From Glaucostegus cemiculus (Eukaryota), in the NCBI GenBank assembly GCA_976551045.1, contig CDPCPM010000160.1, positions 1,054,001-1,118,000 of the forward strand: a stretch of DNA of 64,000 nucleotides, given 5' to 3'. The number at the start of each line of letters is the position of its first letter. Within the stretch, counting starts at the first letter, position 1. Shown in pieces: positions 52,170-63,860 of the stretch. The notes beneath the pieces are model-generated. The model saw nothing but the letters and a program-made list of their open reading frames with translations. It did no database searches and had not been told where the DNA came from. Made by a program: the position numbers and the translations under genes.

Positions 52170-53470
52170 CTTTTTCAATCTTTTTTATTGATAACAAATC
52201 AATACAGATTAAGATATATAACAACAATGTTTACACATGTATTATAGAAATATCAAGTAACAATCATAGGTAATCTTAAAGAAAGCAATAAAGTTTGATA
52301 TATATATAAAAGAAAGTTCCAACTCTCTCGGTTCATAAGTGTAGTGTAAAAGATAGAAAAGAAAAAGGTTTGTTATATAATTTAAAGAAAAAACCAAATC
52401 AATTTTAAAAAATCATAATAATATAGAGTAAATTAAACCGAAAATGAATTTAAAAAAGAACAAATAAATAAAACTAGAAAAAAAAACTGGGCTAAAATTT
52501 TCAATAGAAATAGAACAATATGATGTCGTTAGCTCCGTTTCTCTAAATTTAAAAAAAAAGTTAGAAAAGCGGAAACTACATCATATGAAAGTATTGAATG
52601 AATGGACTCCAAATAGCTTCAAATTTAAGCGAAGAATCAACAGTACCACTCGTAATTTTTTCCAAATTAAGACATGATATAGTTTGAGAAAAGCATTGAA
52701 AGGTGATAGGGGATATTGGATCCTTCCATTTAAGCAGAATGGCTCGTTTGGCCATCAATGTAACAAAAGCAACCATACGATTAGCAGAAGCAGGTAAATT
52801 GCCAGACTTTATCCATGGTAATCCAAAACCTGCAGTAATAGCGTGAGGTTGTAAATCGATCTTCATACATCTGAAATAATATTAAAAATGTCTTTCCAAT
52901 ATTTTTCCAAATAAGGACAGGACCAAAACATATGCGACAAAGAAGCCACGTCCGATTTACATCTGTCACATATATGGTTTATACGGTCATAAAAACGAGC
53001 TAGCTTATCTTTGGACATATAGGCCCTGTGAACAACATTAAACTGTATCAATGAGTGCCTGACACTCATTGAGGATGTATTAACTTAATGAAGAATTTTC
53101 TTCCAAGACTCTATAGATATAGACATCTGGAGTTCACTTTCCCCATCATTTTTAATGTGACCGTAATGTGAATGTGACCGTATTTTCATATTTAAATCAT
53201 AAACTATTGCTGCCAAGCCCTTCTGATGGGGATTAAAACCTAAAATTTTATCAATGATTTCGTCTTTATAAAGAAACGGAAAGGAGGGTGTAGTAGCTTT
53301 AAAAAAAAATTAATCTGCAAATATCGAACAAAATGTGATCTAGGTAAATTAAATTTATTATACAGCTGTTCAAAAGATGCAGATCAGTTACCAGTGAATA
53401 GATCACGAAAGCATACTATTCCCTTCCTTTTCCATAAGGAAAAAGTTGTATCTGGTCTGGATGGTTGAAA
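52170..53470 (-). mobile_element. 5'-truncated L1-clade LINE (ORF2 C-terminus with CCHC zinc finger, 3'UTR, A-rich end)
   Basis: LIQFNVVHRAY...CDRCKS...SLSHMFWSCP.L..YW and AKRAILLKWK...CLNLEK...F..IWSPF; terminal AATAAAAAAGATTGAAAAA on - strand. Confidence 0.85.
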
Positions 53471-55473
53471 AACCTTCTCCTCACCTCTTCATCCCAGCTA
53501 TCCCAACTCTGCTCTATCAGTCCAGTAGGACCTCTTCCTCTACCGTACGGCTCCATTTTCTACTCAGTTGATGTGTGTGGAAGAATAGCACTTGGACAAC
53601 ATGCCAGATCTAAACATGGAAAATCATTTAATTCTTTTACAGAGAAGCATTGACACATGGGAGCAGCACATTTACGAAACACGTAAAGTGAACGGAGATA
53701 TGGGATGTATCGGTATTCTGCAAAAATAAATGACGTCATGGTTTCATTAAATTGGACGGTTGCCAAACGAACTGAATCAGAGTATCTGCAAGCAGACCAT
53801 AGACCGAGCTATTTGGCCCAGCGATCAGGAACCTAAACTGGCGACAAGCACTTGATTGGATGCGTTTAAAGGCGTTTGGAATACAACACACAATGCGGGA
53901 GATAGGCAATAGGTCAGGCAGTATCTCAGGAGGCATACCGAGATTATGATTCAGCTGGAGATAGTTTCATCAAAACCCGGTGACGTGTTCATATGAATGA
54001 CTGAATTGAGGAGACACTGGCACCAGAAGGAAGGAGTGCGCTTTGCGCAATCCCATCCTCAATATCCCTCTTATTTATGCAAACACCTGATGATTATTGC
54101 AATTTGCTCTGTTACACTGAGCCCACTTTTAACCCAAGATCATTATTTCTGTCTCCTCTGAAACCTGTAACCATGGTAGTAATGTTCTATTTCTGCCCGT
54201 GGTTTTTCCTTGTTTTACTTGAGGCCAGGGTTAGATAATGCCATATGTGTATTTGGCTCCTCATCCATCCTCTTTGGTTCCTGGACTCCTTACTTTGCAG
54301 TATTAAGGACTGAAAAACCACGTTTCTTTGCTCCTAATTTTACCAAAACCCAAGGTTAACGCGTCACTCCCGTCCATTGGAAGGTTGATCTCTGACTTCC
54401 CGGACAATTGCCCCTCCACTACGTCTACGTCAACTATTGCCTTCCTGCCACAGGCTGAGGGCGGGACAGTGACATAGGGTAGAAGACAGGTTCGTGGCAG
54501 CTCTGGTTGTGGGATCAGGCGCAGAGGATGTGATTCCCATCGTGAATGGTCACGATCTCTCGGTCAGCTGGATGTCCCCCAGAAAAATCTGCTGATGTGT
54601 TGTTCAACCCTGAAGCAACTCTCTCCTGCCGAAGGGGAAGCTCGGGACTGTAAGCAGCACATTATTGTCACCTGAGACGGGGAAGTCAAAGTCACCTGAC
54701 CGCATGCAAAGCTACAGTCCGGTCCAGGCTAGAGCAAAACCGAAGCCAAGCTGACGACATCAGAGCGACACTCTGCCATGGTTTCGGGACTGAGCGAGGG
54801 AACTGGTCAGAGACGGACCAATCAGTAATCTGGGTGAAGAGTTTCGAAGATCACATTGTATGGCAACGTTGAGGGGGGAAATGTGGGTGGATGCGGGAAG
54901 AGTGTCTATTAGTTTATTTCCATGGGTTGTAGGGGAGTGGGGTCAGGTGAGGGAATCAAGGCAATATGACACCACAAACTCATAATCCTCAAGGATGTCT
55001 CCGTCCTGGGGATGTGCAACTGGGGAAGGATATCAGGGCGACATGCACAACAGTTGTTAGGGAAACGTGAGAGACGTATTGCACAGCGGTATCTTCCTCC
55101 ATCGGTTGTCCTTCTGCCGTCACCATTCACCAGCCAGCAATCCTCTTCTCGTCACCAACGACCTCATCTGTGTGAACAACATAGAGTTCAAGTTTATATT
55201 AACCATCTAAATTTTACCAACTTTTGTCATCAACTGTTTTATCCAGCCACTTCATTTGTTTAATAATGCCACTGGTTCACTAACGATGATCCCGTAAAGG
55301 ATCATTGACTCCCTCCATGTCCCCGCCTACCTGCAAGCCGAAAATCCTACATATTATACATCAGTTAATCATAGGCAACATGTTAGCGAGCACAACCCGG
55401 CCCCGCGTCTGTTACACAATGGCGAAACATGGAGAACTCATGGATGCGCTTCCTTTTCAAATAACATATTGGA

Positions 55474-55545
55474 TCACTTGTCAAATGATGTTCCCACATA
55501 CCTCTTTAGGTCGCTGTAAATGGATCGATCTTCCAGCTTCAGTCC
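55474..55545 (-). CDS. Gene C last identified coding exon (GLKLEDRSIYSDLKRYVGTSFDK*); may instead splice at AG|GTATGT (55502/55501)
   Basis: Homolog of 47305-47355; in-frame TGA at 55476-55474; 3' end uncertain because of the internal donor-like site. Confidence 0.75.
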   Translation of the reverse strand, partial: GLKLEDRSIYSDLKRYVGTSFDK

Positions 55546-58500
55546 CTGTTAAACGTGAATAAATCTCCATGATTCACAACACATTGCAACAGAATCCGTC
55601 ATTGACAAAAAATAAGTTAAAGATCGTTAAAAAATACCTCGCCAGTACTTAACACTTGGACACTGAATGGAATTGAGGGACATGGGGACCAGGGCGGAAA
55701 GCGCATCTGAGACACACAGTTATGACATTAAATGGCGGAGGAGGCTCAAGGAGTCGAATTACTGACACTTCCTTGTGTTTCTTGATTGGTGAAATGGAAG
55801 AATTTCCTTCAAGAATGAATGAACAAAGAAGTTCTCTTACCATGAAAGTGGAGTTTCCATCTGGTGCATTCGTACTTATATTCTGGATAGAGAAAATATA
55901 TATATATTTGGCAATAACACAAAAAATTCAATGATCTCTCCCCACACAAGTACTCCGAGATCAATGTTCACATTCTTTACTCAATAATGCACTGTTCGCT
56001 TGTTCTGAACTCCGCCTGATTTTAACACAGAGTGATAGCGAAATATTGTCTCTGAGATGGTGAAAACCTATCAAGGGAATTACACCATTCGTGAGGCTCT
56101 AGTACTTCATATGAACACAAGAAATAAGGGCAGGAGTAGGCCATTTGGCCCATCGACCCTGCTCCGCCAATCAATAACGTTGTGACTTATCCGGCCGTGG
56201 ACTCAGCTCCACCCACCTACCTGTCCCCCATAACCCTGAATTCCCCCCAGCATACACAAATCTACCGAACTGCGTCTCACAGATGTTTGAAGAGACAGCC
56301 TCTACTGCTTCCCTTGGCAGATAATTATACAGATTCAGTACTTTCTGGGAAAAACAGTCTTCCCTCATCTCCATCCTAAATATATTCCACGAATATTGAG
56401 GTTATGCGTTATCGCCAATTCCATGCACACTTTTATTACAGATAAGTCTTTACTTCGACACCTTATTGAACACCTTCTGGGAATTCAAGTACACAACATC
56501 CATCTGTCCCCTATATCCGCTACGCTCATTATATCCTCAAAGAACTCCAGGAAGTTTGTCAAACAGGACATTCACTTCCTGAAACCATGCTAATGCAAAC
56601 ACTCTTATTCATATGTCTCGTTGTTTCTTCACTGGAGTTAGCTTCAAGTATTTTCCTGACTACAGGTGTCAAGCCAACTGCCATATAGTTGCCAGCCGTT
56701 TGCTCACATACCTTTTAAACAATGCGCCGAGACCTGCCCAAAGTCCAGAAATTTTGGTAAATTCTCACAACCCCGTCTACTATCACTTCCGCAATTTCTT
56801 TCAGTTCCCCGGGATACATCCCATCAGGACCATAGTTCCTATCTGCCTTTCTGACCACGAGTTTACTTATCACTAACTCTTTACTGACAGTGAATGTATC
56901 GAGGCCCACCCCTCCCATCGCATCCATAACAGCATTCTTTGCCATGTTAGACGTCTCCTCCAGCGTGACGACAGACCTGAAATAGCGATCCTAGGTCTCG
57001 GCCATTTCCACATTAGCCAAAATTAATTCCCCCTTCTGTCGTTTCGAGGAACCAACGTTCATTTTAGTCACCATTTACCGCTTTGTATAAATACAAAACC
57101 ATTTACAATCTGTACCTGTATTTTGTGCCAGTTTTCTTTCATAATCTATCTTCGTTTCCTTATTGCTTGCTCGGTGGTTCTTTGCGACTTTTTAAAGATT
57201 ACGCAATCTTCCAGTATTCCACTGCAGTTGGCGACTCTGTCTGCGTGAGCATTTAGCTAATGGCTTCCTTTATTTGCTCTGTTATCCAAGGCTGTCTCTC
57301 CGCACGCTCATTGTCGTTGCCTTTAACTGCAATATCGACTCCCTCGACCAACTAGATGTGCCCAGTCCATGTGGAAGTTAAGTCCTCGAGGACAAATGCC
57401 GTTGCATGCTAACATGCATCAGATATTTCTTGGTTTATTACCTATGCCACTGTCATCTTATCATTCCGTGGCCTACAGACAACTCCCACCAGTGCTTTTT
57501 TCCGGGAACCAGTCCTAACCTCCACCCAGATGAACACAATAATCTAATCATTTGATTTCATACCGTTTCTGACGATCGGACTGACCTCATGCTTAATTGA
57601 GAGCGCTACCCTACCTTCCTAAACTTTCTGCCTATCCGGCCGTATTATATGAGTGTCTTGCATATTTAATCCCCAAACATCTCTACCCAACCACTACATT
57701 TCTGTAATGGCAATTAAATCAAACCCCTTTCTACTGGTTTGTGCCACTTCACTGACCTAGGTTCGAATACTGTGGGCATTGAGATAAAGTGACTTTTAGA
57801 TTCTAACAAGCTTGGTGCCCTTTGCATTTGAATTTTCTCTATTCCACGTTTACTTTTCGAACATTTGCTTTACTCTCTGCATTGCTTCCCTCTGTCGTTC
57901 TGCATTGATTGCCATCCACCTGACATATAACTTCAAACCCTCCGCAACATCGCGAGCAAGGACATTAACCCCAGTCCTGGCAAGATGAAGATCATTCGGT
58001 TTATTCAGGTCCCACTTTCCAACAAACCGGTTCTAATGCCTCAGGTAATCTAAAACCCTCCCCACTGCACAACTGATCAAGCCACATATTTATCTAAAAG
58101 GTGCTGAATGGCCTACCCTGATCAGTCACTGGCACTGATAGAAATCCTGAGGTTATTACCTTCGAGGTCCTACTTTTTAACATAACTCCTTGCTCGCTAA
58201 ATTCGGGTTTTAAGAAATAATCTCGGTTTATCCCTATATTGTTGGGAACTATGTGCACCACGACGGTGATATAGTGGTTGTTTCTGACGACCAACTCGTC
58301 TTCGTAACCATTCATCATAACGCACGAATTTAGATCTGTCCGTGGAAGTAGGGGCTTGAATTTTAAGTAATATCTAAAACATGTATGACAAATTGTGGCC
58401 TAACGTGATGGCAATCATGTACTGTTGCTTGTAATAAACACTGAGCAGGCCTACAACTGATCTCAGAATGAAATCTGCCACCTTTGTCCAGCCTTTCCTA

Positions 58501-61500
58501 CCCTTGTAACTCCAGCTCCACCCATATTATTGCCATTCGGATGACTCTACAGATCAAGATCAAGGTCAGTCACCGGCCGACAACAATTGCGGGCGTTGTC
58601 ATGAACGCTCCTCCCCCGTAAACGGAGAAGTTTAAGAAGTCCGACATAGGACTCGGGAAAGGAAAGCTAATGCATGCAGTTCAGAGCTGCCAAATACAAA
58701 ACTACTCTCATGGCTGCGATGCAACATCGCCTCTCCTTAAAACAACACCTGAAGCCACGAATATAATGCCAGGTACCAACCTGTGAATTCCTTGGGAAAT
58801 TTTCATAGGTCTGCAATGCGTTCACGGTGTTTGTGGCCAAGGTGCCTATGGAAATAAAACACATGCAGTCACAGCAGCGAAAAGCATCAGGAGAAGTTAT
58901 TCAGCACAGAGGAAATCTATCCGGCTCCATTCATGGGACCAGCTATCAAATTAGCTTCATGACCTCTCCTGGCTATGAGCAAATGAACGTTCGTGCAGTA
59001 ACTGAAATCATATTATGATGAAAATAAAGAGAGATTCGCTTTGCATAAACTCGTATTCACCTTCCACACTCACATTCTAGTATTGAGTTGAAAAGTTCAA
59101 CTTATTTAACCGGACAAAACGTTTAACATAACAGCGGAATTAGTGACCGTTCATTAAGATGCAAATATCCAGCTTCAGTACCGGGTGACACACAGTTCAT
59201 CAGATCAATTCCCAGAGCCAGAGGAAATGTTAATCTTTCCATGGGTGCAGTAACAGAGCGGATGAATAGGAGTTCACTCACTCTTTCCTCCTGAAGTGAT
59301 GCTTGTGCCATATTTTGCCTGGGGCGGACCTTTCACCCTGAATAAACATGAAGAGGTCAAAGGTGAATTCTGCAGGAAGTTATTTCCTTGGACTGACACA
59401 CCGAGTGAGAACTGTTTCTGAAATCCCATTTACTGGCAGTCGAGTTATTCCTTGCAGCTGTTCCAGCTATCCGATTTACCCACTTTACCCACTTCTCAAT
59501 TGTAACTCGAGTATGGATTAATAAACTCATGATTTGCAGACTGAGGTTAGTTGGTAAAAGAGAGTCATTAATACCCAGGAAAGACACATCAGTGCAGGCG
59601 CCAGATGTCCTCCACTGCACGGCTCTATTTCTATTCCTCAGACTTCTACATATGTCCCCACAATATATATATTTATCCAGCTTCCTCAACTACCACATTG
59701 GACGCACTTTCAAAGCATCTGCAGGGAGATCGTTAAATCTTTCAACAATGCGCCTTGCAGAAACAAAAGCATTTCTTCGACAAGTACCCTTTTGCGTTTA
59801 CTTTCTAATTGTGACTTTAATCCTCGACTCTTTTGCCAAGGTCACCAACCTCCCACTCTCCACATTATCCACCTTCCACATCAGTTTTTGTGCTTCGCTC
59901 AAGTCTCCACTCAGCCTATCCTTCTCCAAGGAAAACAGTCCCAGTCTCTCCAACCTATCCCTGATCCCAGGAACCACTTTCCTCTATCTGTTCTGGGCTC
60001 TCGCTGTTGTTCGCAGCTGCTTACTGTAATGTGGTGACCAGAAATAAAAATTAAATCATGTATCTTACAATACGGACAAGTTTTCTTTTCTGGTTTATAT
60101 ATCTTCCTTCCTATAATACTCCTTGCGTATGTGGATAAAGACAGGAATTTCGTCTGCCTTCTTAACGAATATAAGAGGGAAACCACTGCATATTACGCCT
60201 CGGTGGTGTCTAACCTGACCCAACAACATCGAATTCTATAACTTCAGGTAACCACTCCCCTCTGTCAATCTTTAACCTTCTGCGACCGGCCCCTCCAGTC
60301 CATCTATTTCCCCTCCTCCTCCCTCTCAATCTGCCCTTCACCAACGTATTCCTCCTTCGGTTTTCCCTCCCTAACACCTTCCCTTTAATCTGTGGACCAC
60401 TGCCCTCTCCTATCAGATGACATCTGGTACAGTCCTTTCCCACTTCCATCTAACACCTCCCAGTTCCTGAAACCCATTCTCATTCTACCCTGCCCTCACC
60501 TGCCAATCATCTACTCTCTTGGATAGACCTATCACCAGCCAGCTCTTGCTCAAACATTTCCCCAACATATTTATACTGGCTACGTCCCCGCTTTCCTTCC
60601 AGGCCTCTGGAAAGGTCACGACCTGAAACGTCAACACATCGCCAGCCTGCTCATGCCCCACCACCTCCCCCATCTTTTAATACTGCCTACCTCCCCACTT
60701 TCTTTCGCGTCCTCTGGAAAGGTCTCGACCCGAAAAGTCATCTCTACGTTTCCGTCCACAGATGCTGCCTCCCCGTTGAGTTCCCCCAGCTACTTTGTCT
60801 GTAACTTCCTCCATTAACCTCCAACATCGGAAATTCGCGTTCATGGTGTCAACGTCCCTTTGGAGCCACAGGCGTCATTTTATTTTATCTGTTAATACTG
60901 TTATGTGGTGGGACACGTTGTTCAGGCTGTAATTTCGATACAAATTCTGCCTGAATACTCTTCCCATAATTTAAGGTAGAAACAATATTCGGAAGAAAAC
61001 ACATTTACCTGCCAGTTTTCCGTGCGATGAACCAACCACTGATTCCGCTGATCGAACCCACACCAAGTAGACCAAGAACGATGCCCGCGATGGCGCCAGG
61101 GCCGAGGGTACAACTGGCATCTGTTAAAGGTGCTACCACACACAAGAAAGATCTATTTTATATCCGCAAAACAAATTCCTTACAGTAACAACGTGCATTT
61201 ACATGGCGAACAACTCTTTAATATTAATTTATCATTGTATATTTGAAATCGTATTTTGTGTATCAGAATGAAAGTGCAGGGAAGCTGGAGATACTATAGG
61301 AGACCAACACGCTGAACTGTGCTCGGAGTAAACCTAAGCCTCTCCTCTGTGATCAGTAGAAACAGCAAAGGCTCAGTCAGCAGAACATCCAACAGTCTTT
61401 GTTCTGATGGCTGAGCTCACCCTCTCCTGTATCATTGCAACAAGCATAGCCCTCCCATATTGTCACTTGTCTGGTTTGACCTGTCCTTGAAAGTCCACCA

Positions 61501-62390
61501 ACGTTTTCGTCAAACAGGAATATAACGTTCTCTGGTCTGGCCGTAAGTGGAGAGATTAAATCAATGTGGTTCTGGCGAATGGTGAAGACTTTTTACATTC
61601 TCTCCACAACATTCATCGTTCTTGATAACATTAAGAAGTCTCATAGCTGATCTTTCGATCTGATTATCCATTTGGAAATGCGACTGGAGGACGAGAGTGG
61701 GATGTTCGGGAAACAAAATGTCTGGGTCTTTAATCAGCGGGTGTGAATAGAACAAGCACAGAAACATTCACTCACCTTGTGTGGTAACCTCAACAGTAAG
61801 CTTACTACTCCTATTGGTTACGCGGTTAATAACCAGACATGTATAATTCCCACTGTTAACCGAGCTTCCTGACACAAGGGTGAGCTCCTGCCCTGTCTGG
61901 AGAGTAATGTTCCCGTTGTACCATGCGTATTCACCACAGGGGACTGACAGAGCAAAGCAAGTTAATGTCAGATTTGTTCCAAGATTTGCAACAACTGCAG
62001 ACTGCGGCAGAATTCTGACCTTCTCAGGACCATCTACAAAACGAGAATACGTGTCGATTCTGTGTTCAGTAATATCAGATACAAACTAACGTTGTTGTTT
62101 GCCTGCATACTCACAGTAAACATTCAAGTAGGTCTCTCCAGCGCCACTGTTGAAACTGTTGCTGACGACGCACTTGTATGTCCCTGCATCAATTCTGTTC
62201 ACACTAATTATGGTTAGTTCAGAATTGTCGGCGGGTGTGAATATTCTACTATTTTCCTGTATGGGTTGGTTATTTTTCAACCATGTCCGTTTCTGAACAG
62301 TGCCCGAAGCGTGACAGGTCAGTGCTACGGCATCGACGTTTTCCACTGGAGTGGAATCGTTGTTGAAGACAGTCACGTCAGACACGGCCT
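55474..62390 (-). CDS. Gene C (3' part, 5' end beyond window end): CEACAM-like, ...IgC2A-IgC2B-TM-cytoplasmic tail with first ITAM Tyr replaced by Phe
   Basis: Exons 62115-62390, 61776-62033, 61009-61120, 59282-59337, 58781-58845, 55841-55882, 55474-55545; GT/AG boundaries, open frame, phases match gene B exon for exon. Confidence 0.85.
55841..55882 (-). CDS. Gene C cytoplasmic exon 3 (NISTNAPDGNSTFM)
   Basis: ttttctctatccag acceptor, ATG|GTAAGA donor; AACTCCACTTTCATG versus gene B AACTCCACTTACATG. Confidence 0.83.
56110..58260 (-). mobile_element. Decayed CR1-clade LINE
   Basis: GPDGMYP..LKEIAEVI.D (ORF 56715-56945) and FSQKVLNL.N.LPREAVEA (ORF 56171-56374). Confidence 0.75.
58781..58845 (-). 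CDS. Gene C cytoplasmic exon 2 (TLATNTVNALQTYENFPRNSQ)
   Basis: 65 nt, phase 1 to 0, clear homolog of 46220-46284. Confidence 0.82.
59282..59337 (-). CDS. Gene C cytoplasmic exon 1 (RVKGPPQAKYGTSITSGGK)
   Basis: tttattcag acceptor, 56 nt, phase 2 to 1, A|GTGAGT donor. Confidence 0.72.
60190..60800 (+). mobile_element. Penelope-like element 3' remnant with duplicated terminal segment
   Basis: caacatcgaattctataacttcaggtaa resembles the NIEF.NFR* end I recall from vertebrate Penelope ORFs; pyrimidine-rich UTR; two copies of cctctggaaaggtc.cgacc.gaaa. Confidence 0.5.
61009..61120 (-). CDS. Gene C transmembrane exon
   Basis: DASCTLGPGAIAGIVLGLLGVGSISGISGWFIARKTG(R); PGAIAGIV and KTGR match CEACAM1-type TM exons; phase 1 to 2. 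Confidence 0.88.
61776..62033 (-). CDS. Gene C IgC2 B-type exon (homolog of gene B B4)
   Basis: After an 81-nt intron: YGPEKVRILPQ...LTLTCFALSVPCGEYAWY...SGNYTCLVIN; 258 nt, G|GTGAGT donor. Confidence 0.88.
62115..62390 (-). CDS. Gene C IgC2 A-type exon (homolog of gene B A4)
   Basis: EAVSDVTV...VALTCHASG...TWLKNNQPIQEN...DAGTYKCVVSN; 276 nt. Confidence 0.9.
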
Positions 62391-63599
62391 CTGTAAATAA
62401 AGTTGAAATGGAATTTGTGTTACACTGTTGTCTTAACCACAACCTGTTCGTAAGAGGTGGGTATCCCCAACTCAAGACCATAACCAATCCTGGAATTCTG
62501 TCCAATTTGATTCAATATCCAACCAGATATTAGACTAAGCAGAACTCGAGTACAGTGTTTAAATATTGGCTACTGTCTGTTCAAGAGAGACAGACGTTTA
62601 CTTGGTTATAGATTGCTGGTCCTGGTCAACATTCAAAAATAAACAGGCAGCTCCCTTACTATGTTTGGACTCGCCTTATTAGTCCTATCAAAATGTATCA
62701 CCTTACAGATGTCGGGATTAAATTCTATTAGCCGCTGCACATCACAGTTTACCAACTCATCAATAACAACATCTCACCCGCCTAATCTCCCACTTCTCAA
62801 AACAGCTGATGTCCAACATTTTGGATATAGCAGAAAGGTTCAAAACATTAATCCCTGTGGTGCATCGCTGGTCACAGACACCTAATCACAAACATTGCCC
62901 ATAAGGTACCCCCTGCCTTCTATCAACAAACGACATTTTTAAAGCATTGATAAAAAGTAAACCACATGCAAATTTATTCCATGTCCCGATGGCCCTATTG
63001 GAGGCAGTAATTTGTAAAGGCAAAATAATTCAGACAGTAGGTGTCAACGGACATATTATATTATAGAGATAAATCCAACTGGGAATTTCATTTGGAATGA
63101 AATCATGAAGAACACTGGTGCAAGGTTCGAAAGTGTTGATTGCATTCACTATAGAGTGCAGTAAGAATCCCCACAGCATTAAAACCAGTGGTGGGTAACG
63201 CGTCTTCAGACTGGAGTTAATGCCATTTCCACTGTCAAACCCAACGAAAGAGTCTCTTGCTCCTGCCGATCAAGCTGTGGCTCCTGATTCACACATCCCA
63301 TTGCAAATAAAGGCAAGGATACGATCCATGATTGTCGAGCTAAGTAACTGATGAAGCACAGTTATCACTTCGCATCGATACAAACCATCAAATGAGCTAT
63401 AGCACAGAGCATAGAAATAGTCCTTTCAGCCTAAACAATCCGTGCTAGTCTCTAAACTCGCCCTAACTGTCTTCGTCCAAACGTCTCGGTGTAATGAAGG
63501 ACTCCCATCGTCCTCAATGCTTTTCAACCTCTAAGTAAATGCCACGACCGGTGAAACCATCCTCACAAATCAGGCTCAAGGACGGCTTTTACCCTCTCC

Positions 63600-63860
63600 T
63601 GCAGGACTATTCAACGGTCCCCTAGCACAATAAGATGGACTCCTGACCTCAAAATCTACCTCGTTATGACCTTGCACGTTATTGTCTCCCTGCACTGCAC
63701 TTTCTATGTAGCTGTTGCACTTTATTCTGCATTCCGTTATTGTTTTTACTTGTACTGCCTCGATGCATTGTGTAATGAATTGATCTCTACAAACAGAATG
63801 CAAGGGAGGTTCAGCAGTTTACCTCGGTACAAGAGACAATAATAATAAACCAATAAACCA
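63600..63860 (+). mobile_element. Non-LTR retrotransposon 3' end; same family as 14775-15012
   Basis: Inverted match to 14775-15012, ends in aataataaaccaataaacc. Confidence 0.6.

Noticed and set aside
58550-58620. Plus-strand stretch resembling a TM exon start (GQSPA / TIAGVV)
   Set aside because: Needs a frameshift, has no hydrophobic continuation and lies antisense in a gene C intron; probably chance.
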